Source: Lama guanicoe | Taxonomy: Eukaryota | Reading direction: 5' to 3' | Assembly: GCA_013239625.1 (NCBI GenBank) | Contig: MU053365.1 | Coordinates: 434,001 to 498,000, forward strand | Length of the DNA: 64,000 nucleotides | Part shown: positions 24,605 to 36,027 of the stretch, piece by piece | Numbering within the stretch: the stretch's first letter is position 1 | Layout: the number at the start of each line of letters is the position of its first letter | Notes under the pieces: model-generated | What the model was told of the DNA's origin: nothing | What the model saw: the letters and a program-made list of their open reading frames with translations, nothing else | The model's database searches: none | Made by a program: the position numbers and the translations under genes

Positions 24605-24760
24605 AGTAGTAACCTATAATGAAAAAGAACATGAAAAGGAATATGTGTCTGTACATGTATGACTGAAACATGCTGCTGTGCACCAGAAACTGACACAACA
24701 TTGTCAACTGACTATAATTCAATCTTTTTAAAAAGTAAAAATAAGAAGAGAGAGAGAGAG
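24605..24760 (+). mobile_element. L1 3' terminal fragment (cetartiodactyl type)
   Basis: gtaacctataatgaaaaagaa...atgactgaaac...gctgtgcaccagaaactgacacaacattgtcaactgactataattcaat plus A/GA-rich tail. Confidence 0.85.
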
Positions 24761-24837
24761 AAGGAGATTAAAGCAGTGCTGCTTTGCTCATAGCCAGGCT
24801 AGGGGACCTCTGGGGGTCCCCAGGAATTAGTCATGTC

Positions 24838-24944
24838 TTTTTGGGGGGGATTGCTCTTGCCTTTTTTAATGGAGGTGTGAGAGATTGAACCCAGGACCCT
24901 GTGTCCGCTAAGCATGTGCTCTACCACTGAGCTATGCCCTCCCC
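24838..24944 (-). mobile_element. tRNA-derived SINE of the camelid type
   Basis: Reverse complement GGGGAGGGCATAGCTCAGTGGTAGAGCACATGCTTAGC...GGTCCTGGGTTCAATC...CCTCCATTAAAAAA with A and B boxes; degenerate TSD aattagtcatgtctt (24825-24839) / aatctagtcaagtctt (24948-24963). Confidence 0.85.
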
Positions 24945-25829
24945 TGCAATCTAGTCAAGTCTTATTTGTTGGAGGTACTTATGCCTAGGATTTAGTTAGA
25001 GAGCCAGAGTTATGTTACTTAACCTCTCTGAACATCAGTCTACTCCTCTGTGCAAAAGGAATAAACTAGTATCTATCTCAGAGATTCAGGGAATTCCAAA
25101 CAGTCTGGCCAGAGTCCTGAGTACGTACAAGGCAATAGTAGGAAATAAAAAAGAATAAATATCCTGTTTCTAGTCTCACATGTGGAATATATGGGTTTAT
25201 GTCTGTATCGCACACGTCAGCCAAAGCGAATAATCTGAGCCTTGATGTACGTGACTACTGACTTGTATCAAAGCGCCACCCCTTCAACCTTGGACTTCCT
25301 TAGAATTGATCATGTAAATTCAGCACAATACCAGTATTCTGCTCCACAGTCATTATTTTGAATTTGATTTTCATTTTCTTGGCATATTTCTCTGGGTTAT
25401 ATAATTTTCTCCAAATGTGGGAACTCAAGTGATCATGCAAATGACAAACTGCCTAATAGAATTCAGATGGCTTTCAAGAATGTTACACACACCAAAATAG
25501 CACTGTATCATTTTTCAGGGGTGTGTGTGAAGACATCTAAGCGTGGGTTTCCCAGGAAAAGATCATAAACCAGTAGACCGACCTGTACCTGAAAACAGCT
25601 GCCAGGATAATTCTAAAGGGGAAAAGAGAATCTTTTGTTTTAGAAAAGTCTCTCAAGCATACATCGTGATAGTTGAGGGTACACTCTTCAGTAGGGCTGT
25701 ACAAGTCATCCTGAACAAACTTCCTTTGAGTCATATTAGGTGGTATGGAAAGTCACCCACACGGAGTAACAGGGATTCATTCGAGATCATTTGCTGGGCC
25801 TGGTACTTGTGGGTGAGACGATGTTGCAG

Positions 25830-26050
25830 CACTTGAGGGCACAGGTTTTGGAGTTGGGCTGTGCTGAATTTGAACCCCAGCTCCAAAACATACTGAGTGT
25901 GGACTGGGGCAAGTTGCTTATCATAGCTTCAATCCCCTAATCTGTGCAATGGAGTCAATAATAGTATCTGTTTCAGAAGGTTGGTACAAGGATTAAATTC
26001 GATTATGTACGTAAAATGGTTGGTAAACACTCAGTAATCACTGTTACTGT
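25830..26050 (+). mobile_element. MIR SINE
   Basis: tttgaaccccagctcc...ctggggcaagttgctta...atctgtgcaatggag..aataatagtatct...aggattaaat. Confidence 0.75.
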
Positions 26051-26064
26051 CATTCCTACTTGTC

Positions 26065-26540
26065 ATGACCGTGCTTGGCCCTGGGGGAGCAGCTATGAAG
26101 ATGACACGGTCCCTTCACCTAATAAGCATGCCCTTTGATAAGGACAAAGACTGGATAAAGATACAATAACAATGTAATGTTGTAAGTTCCATGTCAGAGG
26201 CATGTAAGAAGACACTCAAACAAGGACTAAGTCTACCCAGAGTATGATGAAGGCTCCCCAGAAGCAGCGGCCTTTGAGCCATGCTTCAAAGGCAGAATGA
26301 ACTGCCAGAGGAGGAAGAAGGAAAGAACAGCCCAAGGAGAAGAAACAGGGGTACAAAAAGACTGGAGGTTTGGGGGAGTGTAGGATGCTTGGTCTGGCTG
26401 GAATATACCATCTCTAGGCACTGGTGAAAAGACACGAGACTAAGGAGGCAGGCTGCTGTGAGACCAGGCCCTGGCTTGTTCTAAAGAACAACAGGGAAGG
26501 GGAACACATGAAGTTTTTAAGAAGAGGTGGGCCATGGAGA
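26065..26540 (-). mobile_element. L2 LINE 3' region (degenerate)
   Basis: Purine-rich L2-like blocks: ggctccccagaagcagcggcctttgagc...ttcaaaggcagaatga...ggaaagaacagcccaagg. Confidence 0.55.
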
Positions 26541-27645
26541 GCCAGAAGTAGGGATCTCAGAGGAAAGAATAGAGATTGACTGGAAGAAGGAGGTAGCAAG
26601 GGAACCTGTCAGCTCATCATTGTAGGAGTCCAGGTAACAGATAGGGATGGCCTGGACCAGGGCACCGACAGTCAGGGTGGGGAAGACAAGGGACCAGATT
26701 CTCCAACTGCATCGGAATTAGAATCAACTGAATTGGGACACTGATGATCCTGAAGTCCAAGGTCTTCCCAGCCACTCTGAGGGCACTGAATTGTTGTCGA
26801 GAACTCTGCCCACCTCCAGAGCAGGAGCACACTTCCTCCCACTAGGCTGTGCCTCTATACTGATGAATGTCGCCCATCCTCCCACAACTCTGACACCTTT
26901 GCCACCAGGGCAGAGGGAGTGTCTCTCCTAGTCAACCCTCCTCTCCGGAGACACACCTCATTAGTTCCATTGCCAATTGCTTAGGAAGGGCAGATTTCTT
27001 GCCCTTTTGGGGTTGTTCCTCAGCCTTCCTTCAGCTTCTTAGAGCAACCGTGGCTGATTAGAGAGTAGAAACCCCCGCGGTTACTTCCAAAGCACCTCCC
27101 AATCACAGAGGGTACTTCATTACTTATCTCTTCACATCAGCTTCTAATTGTTAAAGGATTAAGTAAAGAACTACTTTATTGAGCTGGTCCATTAATCTCC
27201 ATCTAAGGAAACTCTTCAAAACAACTGAAATATTAAGTTGCTGTTAAGTGCACTACAGCGCGTGCCTGCTGACAGCCACTGTGCCTTACATGAAACTCGA
27301 TGGGCGCGAGGACAAATTCTTAGTGAGACCCCAGGCCCTGAAAATCCTCAGCTGCTGAGAACACAGCACTTCAGCTTGCAGTGCTTTAAACTATTCCTCC
27401 AGCCCATTTCTAGAGAAAGGTTGTGGAGAAGGGCTGTTTACCTGAGCTGACAGGGCAGGCAGGGCTTCAAGGAACTTCATGCTGATGCATAGAGAGTTCA
27501 CCTTTTATTTCAGACTGTTTAAGCAAAAGAGACAAACCTGACAATTTAGGCCCCACTAAAATGTTGACAGCAGTGTTGCTGGGTTGTTTATGAAAATCCC
27601 ACCTGATTTATATGCTCAACTCTGTTTCATCAAAATGACACCCCC

Positions 27646-27646
<1 letters not shown>

Positions 27647-27694
<48 letters not shown>
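27647..27694. repeat. (AC)24 microsatellite
   Basis: Uninterrupted AC dinucleotide run. Confidence 0.97.
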
Positions 27695-27696
<2 letters not shown>

Positions 27697-28739
27697 TTGT
27701 TTAGGGTGGAAGGAGGTAGATTGGCTTCTAACCCTTGGTGACAGTGTTTCAAGCTTATAAAATCCTAGAGCCGGAAAGGCTTCTTGGGGCACATGGAGCC
27801 CAGGAAGGAACCCTGTGCACACTGCACGGGGTGAACGTGGGTTAGCACCTGTCACACATACACATACAAGATAGCGCAAGGCCTGAGTGATTTGATTGGT
27901 GAAGATACAGCCATTTACTCTTAGATTCAGGCAGTTTAGTACTAAACCATAATGAAAATAAGGAAGACACACCAGCTTCCCCTGATCTTTGTCCCACACT
28001 CCAAAAAGGACACCACCAAAACAAAAGGGACCCAATGACTGCAGAGCAAGCTGTGCGATATTCCGGTATGCAGGAGCCCATTCTAGGCTCCACGTAAGGG
28101 GTTTTACAGGCTGCAGTTCTATTCTGCACAGGGTGGGACAGAATGTTCCATACCTCATCAGAACCTGGGAGGCAATGGGAAATTGCATCATAACAGGCTC
28201 CCAGAGGAGACGGGGGAGGAGGGGGGCGAGTGGGAGATGGCCTTGAAGTACATCTCAAGATCTTCTTGTCCTCTCCTGTTCTGGGAAGATCACTAGGTGT
28301 TCTGCCAAGACTCAGATTATCTGTGGTTCAAGCCTCGGCCTACAAGGTCTACTTGAATACCTGCGGGGTGTTCACAGCACATGGCGGAGCTGTTCCCCAC
28401 CCCACCAGGCATCCTAGCCAGCTGCTCGCTACTCCTCATGGGACCTGCTTTTCAGATGCCGGTGTCATGCTGGACATACTCATTGACTAATGTTTCATGT
28501 CGAACATGCTGCCCACATCTAAGTTCCAACAAAGGCTAGGAGTATCACTACCCTAAGCAGAAGAGTACCTAATGGACTTGTTTCCCTGCTCAGAGTGATG
28601 AGCATGAGCAAAGCTGGCCATCGCTTGAGTCCAAGGACATATCTGCCAAAACTAGCCAATGTTCAGAGTCCTTGGAGACCAGTAACTTGACTCTGTGCAG
28701 AGTCAGCTAAGTTGCATGTGGCTCTGAGCACAAGGAAGG

Positions 28740-28910
28740 TCTCAGCGGGGGGCTTGAGCCTCCTCTGCCGTCAGACAGGCCCAGGCTCAAACCCTCCCTC
28801 GCTGTGCCACCTCGGATCTAATCCCTTGAACTTCCGGGTGAGTACTTTGGTGAAAGAGACCCCAAAAATACCATCTTGTAGGATTGCTGCAATTATTCAC
28901 TGAGATGACC
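28740..28910 (+). mobile_element. MIR SINE (degenerate)
   Basis: gtcagacaggcccaggctcaaaccc...tcttgtaggattgctgc...tgagatga. Confidence 0.55.
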
Positions 28911-29234
28911 CCAGCATATAGGAATCACCCCATCTTCATCATCTGTTGAGCTTATTGGATCAAGATAGTTCAGCCTGGATTAACCCAAACACACCAGATG
29001 TCATTTTTATTCGGAAACAAGTAAAACTAGAGAAATGTGTTCTCGCACGGAAGCAAAAGTTGCAGAAATGGAAAGAACTGTACCTTTGCCCCGAATAGCT
29101 TTTGCATATCAGAAAGAGAAGTCGATCAAGTTTTTGAGTACAAAGAGAGCCTATTAATATTATTATATCGACTTTTTCAAGTCTGGAAAATTCACATCTA
29201 CCTAAAATACAACTGAACTGCATGTCATAAATAT

Positions 29235-29430
29235 TAATCGACCAGATTCCAGGAGTGCATACACAGTGTGATAGTGAGAAATCTATTTGTATACTACATC
29301 ACATCTTCAAATAAAATGATCAAAAACATATGATCATCTCAATAGATGCCAAAAACATACCAGATCAAATTTCATACCCATTCCTGATTCAGAGCTTTAA
29401 AAATTGGGTGGAGAAGGAGACACCCTTTCT
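29235..29430 (+). mobile_element. Old L1 ORF2 reverse-transcriptase fragment
   Basis: aaaaacatatgatcatctcaatagatgccaaaaa = K-HMIISIDAK, the L1 RT motif, followed by degenerate HPFLI...KLG.EG. Confidence 0.8.
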
Positions 29431-30549
29431 GGCTCGGGACTATGCAAGGGTAACTGTCAACCTAAAAGTATGTTTTAGTGGGTAAAAAGGTTACATTAAT
29501 TTTAAAAACATGTATTTTAAAACAAAAATGGAATCACAGATGACTGTGTTTCAAGTGTTTCTAAAAATCTGTATTAATGTTGATTCATTGTGGAGGCAGA
29601 AGGAACACAAACAGACTAATATCATCCAATGACACCATTTGTTCTGATAATTACTCCAATTTCAACAGTTTTGAGGCATCACATATGGCTTCCATGAGGA
29701 AGTCTTTCCATGTAGGTAAGGACAAAATTGGAAAGTGACATGAAAAACCTCAGTTTCCACTTCCTCATTTCATAAAGAATTAATCCTTTAAAAACACATC
29801 ACCATTTTATTGACAGTCACATCTGCCTACAGGCTTGCTAAATGCAGCGATGCTGGGTAACGTGCCTGAAAATTTGATCCTATTGTCTGAACAAAATGAG
29901 AATTGTTTTAGAAGGGGCTCCACGATGTCTGGGCATATATTTTCCCTAAGTAACCGTATGAGGCATGCATTTCCCCAGGGAATTCAACATTTATGTTGAT
30001 GCATTTGGCTGCAAAGCCAATCCTGCACTGGCTCTAATACAGAGGAATTTTCTGAACATTTTGAGTAATGGGACTGAAATAATTTAACAGCTCCTTCTGT
30101 GCATGTTAAATTAGTTGCATGATATATTTAGCTTTTGCAGAAAACTTGTTTACACTATAAATTACAGCACATGGCACGATCACATTGACGCGGAAAGCCA
30201 GCCATGTTGAATCATTTTGGCCATATCTCTCTAAACTCCAACTTAGCGCAAATGAACTCTGTGTGGCTCACCGACGCAGTGTGGGTGTTTCCTAACCCTG
30301 GGACTCTGCTGAGTCCACGTAAGGCACTGCCTTTGACTCCATGAAAAGAACTGAATTTCTGAGATGGGAAGATTTTTAAGATAAGGGAGGGCCCACCGTT
30401 GATAAGTGAGTGGCACACAGATCTGAACTGCTATGTACTGCCATTTATCAACTGGTTAAAAGGGAGTGACTTTCTGATTCTGAAACACAGAAGTAACCCA
30501 GGTGCCTAATGATTAAGAGCTCTGGTAAATCTAATCTCCTAAGAGGCGT

Positions 30550-30765
30550 CACAATGTAAAGGAAAAAGCAAAGGTCTGGGAGTTGGATGGACCAACCGGG
30601 CTCTTGCATTTACTAGCCGTGCAAATCTAGGCAAACTGAGCCTCCATTTTTTGTCTCGAAAACGAGGTCCCTGATACCCTCTTTGCATAGTTTTTGTGAA
30701 AAGTAACATGAAAAGCGATGATTGTGAGTGCTTAATAGATGCTATGACTTCTATTATTACTGATA
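30550..30765 (+). mobile_element. MIR SINE (degenerate)
   Basis: tttactagccgtgcaaatctaggcaa..ctgagcctcc...ttgcatagtttttgtga. Confidence 0.55.
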
Positions 30766-31484
30766 TTAGGACAAATGGGATCCTGATTCTTATATCAACA
30801 TATTCAGAAGCAGCATTAAAAGAATTACTGTGGATGAAACTCCCAGGGCTCTGGTTGAAGAAAGTAGTTTAAGCCACAACAGAGAACCATCTGAGTAGGT
30901 TTTACAGACGGTAGGCAAACATCTTAGGAAACTGGAGATCTATTCCTTCATGATTTGGCTTTAGGTAAGAAAGTGCCAGTCCTGAATCCTTGCCCCAGCA
31001 CTAGGCTATTTCTATCCTGTTCTTCATAGATTCACGTTCATGATAGATGGGTAACTAGCTGTCTAGATAGAAAAACAGAGAGAGCTGTACTATAGATATA
31101 TGGAGAGCGGCAGATCCCAGTACTGGTCAGTAGTTATCAGCTAATTTCTAAAATGATAAAACATATGCAGAATAAAAGTATAATCACCCTAAATAAAAGT
31201 GCTCCAGTCATCTAGGTATAACGTGTTAGTAAATTCAAAGCTCTTTGAATGCCACACCTGGCAGATGTAAAGTGATGGCTTCAGGGCTCACACCTTGCGT
31301 CTGTCTCACCATGAGTCTAAGTTGGCTGGTCCTAGTTAATAATTCCAAGACTTATTCAGGCAACCTCAATGCATGCCAGGCACTCACTTTGCCACGTGTG
31401 CTGACGGATCACTTTACTGGCTCTCTCCAAGACATCTCGGAGGCTGCACTTGTATCTTCTGCTTTTAGACAAGGGAACTCAGAA

Positions 31485-32165
31485 AAGTTAAGAAAACTAG
31501 CCACAGAATGGGAGAAAATACGTGCAGGTCATATAGCCGGTAAGAGTCTAGTATCCAGACTATATAAAGAAGCCTGGAAACCTAACCATAAAATGGTAAG
31601 TAACCCAATTACAGAATGGGCAAAGGATCTGAATGGATGTTTATCTGAGGAAGATACACAGATGGCCAATAGGCAGATGAAGGGATGCTCAACATTATTA
31701 GCCATCGGGAAACAGACACACAGTGAACACAACCAAAATGCCCATGAAATGATGAATGGGTAAGTATGATGCAGTCTATCCAGAGAATGGAATACTATTC
31801 GGCCATAAAAGGAGCAAAGTATTGGTACAGGTTACAACATGGAAGACCCTGGAAAACACTATGCTGAGTGAAAGAAGCCAGTCACAAAAGACAGCATAGT
31901 GAAGGATTCCATTTATAGGAAATGACTAAAACAGGCAAATCTATAGAGATAGAAAGTAGCTTACTAGTTGCCAGGTTCTGGGAGCGGGGGTAATGAAGAA
32001 CAACTGCTAATGGCACAAGGAGTCTTCTGGAATGACAAACATGCTTTGGAATTCGAGAACGGTAATGGTTACAGAACTCTGTGACTACCGAAAACCACTG
32101 AATCATACACTTTAAAAGGCCAATTTTATGGTACCTGAATCCCAGTAAAACTATTCTTTTTAAAA
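31485..32165 (+). mobile_element. L1M 3' region (ORF2 end plus 3' UTR, internally deleted) nested in a minus-strand MIR (approx. 31350-31485 and 32165-32240)
   Basis: TEWEKI..HI..K.LVSRLYKE...NPITEWAKDLN...EEDTQMANRQMKGCST is L1 ORF2-like; the UTR has tatgctgagtgaaagaagccagtcacaaaag; MIR resumes at gtcacacagctagg. Confidence 0.88.
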
Positions 32166-34165
32166 AGTCACACAGCTAGGCAAGTGGGGGAAGGGAGAGC
32201 TGGGGTGACTAGCTGCACCTGCCTGATGCCAAAGCCCAAGTCCCTAACCAGTCCACTCAGTGCCCCACTTGATGGGGACTGACAGACGGTCCCAGATGCA
32301 TCCCTGCTTGCGTCTATGGAGAAAACCGCTGTGAGCAAAAGAGCTATTTTTTTCCCTCACATAGTCCCTTTCTCCTTCCATTTTTCTTACGTTAAAACTG
32401 CAATTGATACAGCCAGCAAAAGCTTCAGCAAGGGAAAAGGGCTTTGTCTTTTCCAGGAGAGACAAAGCATTACATTAAAGAGACAGCCCTCTCTGACTTC
32501 AGAATTTCTAGACCCGAGGCTAGGAAAGAAAGGAATCCATCCACAAAGAGGTCCCGTCTCCACAGGACAAATCGCCTGTTCCCCCGCCATAAGCTCACGG
32601 GCAGGCATGTGTGTAACGTGGGCTGACAATCCAGATGAGCCGATCTAAGCGGACGCCAGGGCCCATGGTGGGCGGCTCGCACTTCAGTGGTTACAGGAGA
32701 AGCCAGGGTGAGGATGCAGACTTGGTCCTAAACCGATCGTGTTGTACAGCAGCTCATTAAGCAGAGGGGAAATGGGGCTCTACGCTCCGTTTCTGTATTT
32801 CGAGGTCAGGGAAAGGCGTTAGTTCTCGTGGGCCTGACGTGCAGGCCGCCCAGGACCGCAGCGCTCTCTCCTCCGTCGAGGCCGTGCCAGGCTCGGCGCT
32901 CCGCTAGCGGATCGATTTTCCAGCCCCTGACACGTGGGATCGGGGGCCCGGCTCCTGCGGGGCCTGGTGCTGGTGTGCGGCTCCTTACGCGAATGCAAAT
33001 GTGGGCTCACAAATCCAACGTGAACCGGGGATCCTCTGAGCTGAGAATTTTCCTCTAATCCTCTTCTGGTTGTCTATCATCTAACCTTCACCATCTGAGC
33101 TATGACGTCATACAAAAAATGTCCACGCTGTTGTCCACACTGAGGGTCCCCTGCACACACACATGCACGCACCCCACTAGTAACACTGTTTCCAGTTTTC
33201 AGCTTTCAGGACTTGACACTGACCTTGAAGCCGACCCCGACCTGGCTGCCCCCTTCCCCCGCCGCCCCCGGCCCACCTCACATTCCCAGCCCTGGCCAAG
33301 GAAAGATGCCCTGCTACCGACGGCGGGCTCTGCCTGAGTGGAGTGCGGAGGACTTGCCTGCCCCCTTGGTTTGGGGACCACGAGAGGGGTTTTCCCCTCT
33401 CATTCTTCTTGCCTTTTGTTATTTTTAATCGCCTACCTATCAGGGCCAAATTGCCTTGTAACCGCGTGGAGTCCGCAGCTGACAGAGATGGCTGTTACTG
33501 TTCATAGACGCCTTCACTCCAGCCCATTTAACTCGCCTCACTGTGACAGCCTCACAATAGCCACCTTCCCTCGGAAGAAAACTGTGACTTAGTGGAGAGA
33601 GAATGTGGGACAACAGCCTGATCTGTCTCTCGGTCTCCAGCGACTTCTCTTGGCATCAAGTCCCACCGCAGGGCCCAAGAATGAACTTGGCGCAGGACAA
33701 CGGGCCGGCCCGGAGGCCGGGCTGGGTTAGGGACGCCGGGCGAACCCAGGGCCCAGAGCCGCTGCCGAGGGATGTGGGCGCCGCCTCCTAGGAACGCTCA
33801 GTCTCACAAGAAAAAGTAAGTCTGTTTGTTTTCCTCATTACTCTATCAATTGCCCAAGCAGTGAGTGAACAGTCTTTCCCTAACTTGGTAATTGCAGGAA
33901 CAATGTTATCTGCAAAGTACTGCCTGCAGATGCTCCCGAGTCGGCTCCCTAAATCCATGTCCTTCTGAGAGGGCAGAGAAGAAGGGAGTTCAGAGGTGGC
34001 TTTTCTTGGGGGGCAGGCGGATTTCATGCTCCAAGGATTCCCATGGGCTGGGATGGGGCAGAGCTGCGCCACCCGGCCACTGCGGCCTGCTGTCTGAAGG
34101 AGCTCACTTAACAAAGGTCGTTAGCTTTGCCACCGATCCAAAAAGGCAAATTCCAGAAACAGGCT

Positions 34166-34579
34166 GGTGATGGACTGAACTGTGTCCCCCACGCCCCAAT
34201 GCATCGGTTGAAGTCCTCAGCCCCAGCACCACAGAAGGTGACCTTGCTCGGAAGCAGGGGCTTTACAGAGGTGCCGAAGTTAAAGTGAGGTCCTCAGGGT
34301 GGGCCCTAATCCGGTCCGACTGGTGTCCTTATGAAAAGGGGGAAACTGGACACAGACGCACACAGAGGGCAGACGAGGTGATGCAGGGACAAGACGGCGT
34401 CTACCAGCCCAGGAGAGAGGCCCGGACCAGACCCCGCCCTCTCGGCCCTCAGAAGGAGCCCGCCCTGCCCACATCTTGACCCTGGACCTCTGGTCTCCAG
34501 GCTGGGCGGCAGTGCGTTTCTGTTGTTGCAGCCCCCCGTCTGGGGGACTTCGTTACAGAAGCCTGAGCGAACAAATACA
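34166..34579 (+). mobile_element. MLT1 (MLT1B-like) MaLR solo LTR
   Basis: atggactgaactgtgtcccc...gggtgggccctaatcc...ccctcagaagga...tttctgttg...aataca; 5-bp TSD aggct/agact. Confidence 0.85.
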
Positions 34580-35439
34580 AGACTATATCCCCGTTCCCAG
34601 TGCCCCCAGATGTGTGGACTGGGGGAATTGCATTGACACCCCAAACAGCTGTCTTTTCATGTACTGGCTTCACCATCTAATGACCTGGAAAAAAGAAGCA
34701 GTTGGGGGGGGGTAACAGAAATATGTTTGCGAAAAGCAAACAGCAGCCAAGGTGATGGGAGAGGGGAATCCCAGGGACCAATTTTCTAAAGTGGAAAATA
34801 AGTGAACCTTGGGTCATCTGAATCTCTTGAGTTGAAACAGCACCTCCAAAGCTAAAATTCAACCAAACCCCATGGCACTCCCCAGCCCATTTAGGACATT
34901 GTCTTATATTCAGGTAGGGGTATTAATGATTATTTTGCTTTGGTAAGCCTCATTGATTTCACTTCTACCCGTGCCAGTTGTAAAGCTGAATTTTGTTTCC
35001 GGTGACCTCTGACAATGCCATCGGAGGGCAGATTCAGACTTTCAAAATGCGTAGCATTTTAGGAACTGAGGCATTCCTGTACTATAATTTTTGTCCCCTA
35101 AAGAGCTTAAAATGTCAGCGTTTTGGCACACACTGCGCAGAAGGCCTCACAATAAGAGGTGAGTCACATAGCACGAGAGGTCAGATGCCAGAGAATGACA
35201 TAAACGAAAAGCCCAGAACAGAACGTAAGACAACCCCTGATGCCGGAGGCACGGCCAGCAATGGGGCTGGTGGCCGCCCAGCCAGGAGAGAGAGAGCAAG
35301 GCAATGCGGACCCGGCTCTGAGCGCGCCTGCTCTGACTGCCCTCTGGTCATCTTGCCTGCCCGCCCATCTGCAGCGCCCTCTCCCCTCGAGCCGCTCGCC
35401 GGGCTGACCTTCCTGGGAGACATCACCCCCCGCCCTGCC

Positions 35440-35600
35440 TCCCCACATCTCCATCTCCAGCCCACACATCTTCCTGAGCTCTGGTCTCAAATCCAGCTCT
35501 CTGCTGGACGGTTCCACCACCGTGGCCCACAAATGCCTCAAGCCGAAGAAAAGCAAAACTGAACCCATTGTCTCCGGCCTGCTCCTCCTCCTGGTTGCTT
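35440..35600 (+). mobile_element. L2 fragment (continues approx. 36280-36520 after the nested L1)
   Basis: catctccatctccagcccac...cctgagctctg...tctgctggac...cctcaa...caaaactgaacc. Confidence 0.55.
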
Positions 35601-35609
35601 TCATTTAAG

Positions 35610-35672
35610 TGTTCATTCATTCATCCATCCATCCATCCATTCATTCATTCAGTTGTATCTATCCATCCATCT
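35610..35672. repeat. (TCAT/CCAT)n tetranucleotide repeat
   Basis: ttcattcattcatccatccatccatccattcattcatt. Confidence 0.85.
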
Positions 35673-36027
35673 ATTATTATGGTAAAATACACATAACATA
35701 AAGTGTATCCTTTTAAGGGGTACTAGTCAGTGCTTTTTAGTATACCTGCAATGTTGTGCAGCCACCACCACTATCTTGTTCCAGGAGATTCTGAGCACTC
35801 CACGAGGAAATCCTGTGTTTATCTATCACTCCCCTAACCTTCTGTCCCTCCAGCCTAGGCAACCTCTAACCTGCTTTCTGCCTCTTTGCATTTGCCTACT
35901 CTGGACATTACATATAAGTAGGACCGTACAATATGTGGATTTCCGTGTCTGGCTTCTTTCACTTAGCACAAAGTTTCCCGGGTTCACCCAAGTTGTCGCC
36001 TGCATTAACACTTCACTGTTGTTTTTT
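35673..36027 (-). mobile_element. L1M (L1MB-like) 3' end
   Basis: atggtaaaatacacataacataaa...ccagcctaggcaacc...atttgcctactctggacatt...gtctggcttctttcacttagca. Confidence 0.88.

Noticed and set aside
24860-24944. tRNA-like sequence with A and B boxes
   Set aside because: A-rich tail, TSD and broken stems show it is a SINE, not a tRNA gene.
31245-31763. 172-aa ORF with protein-like C-terminus
   Set aside because: It is a decayed L1 ORF2 remnant fused by chance to MIR sequence, not a gene.
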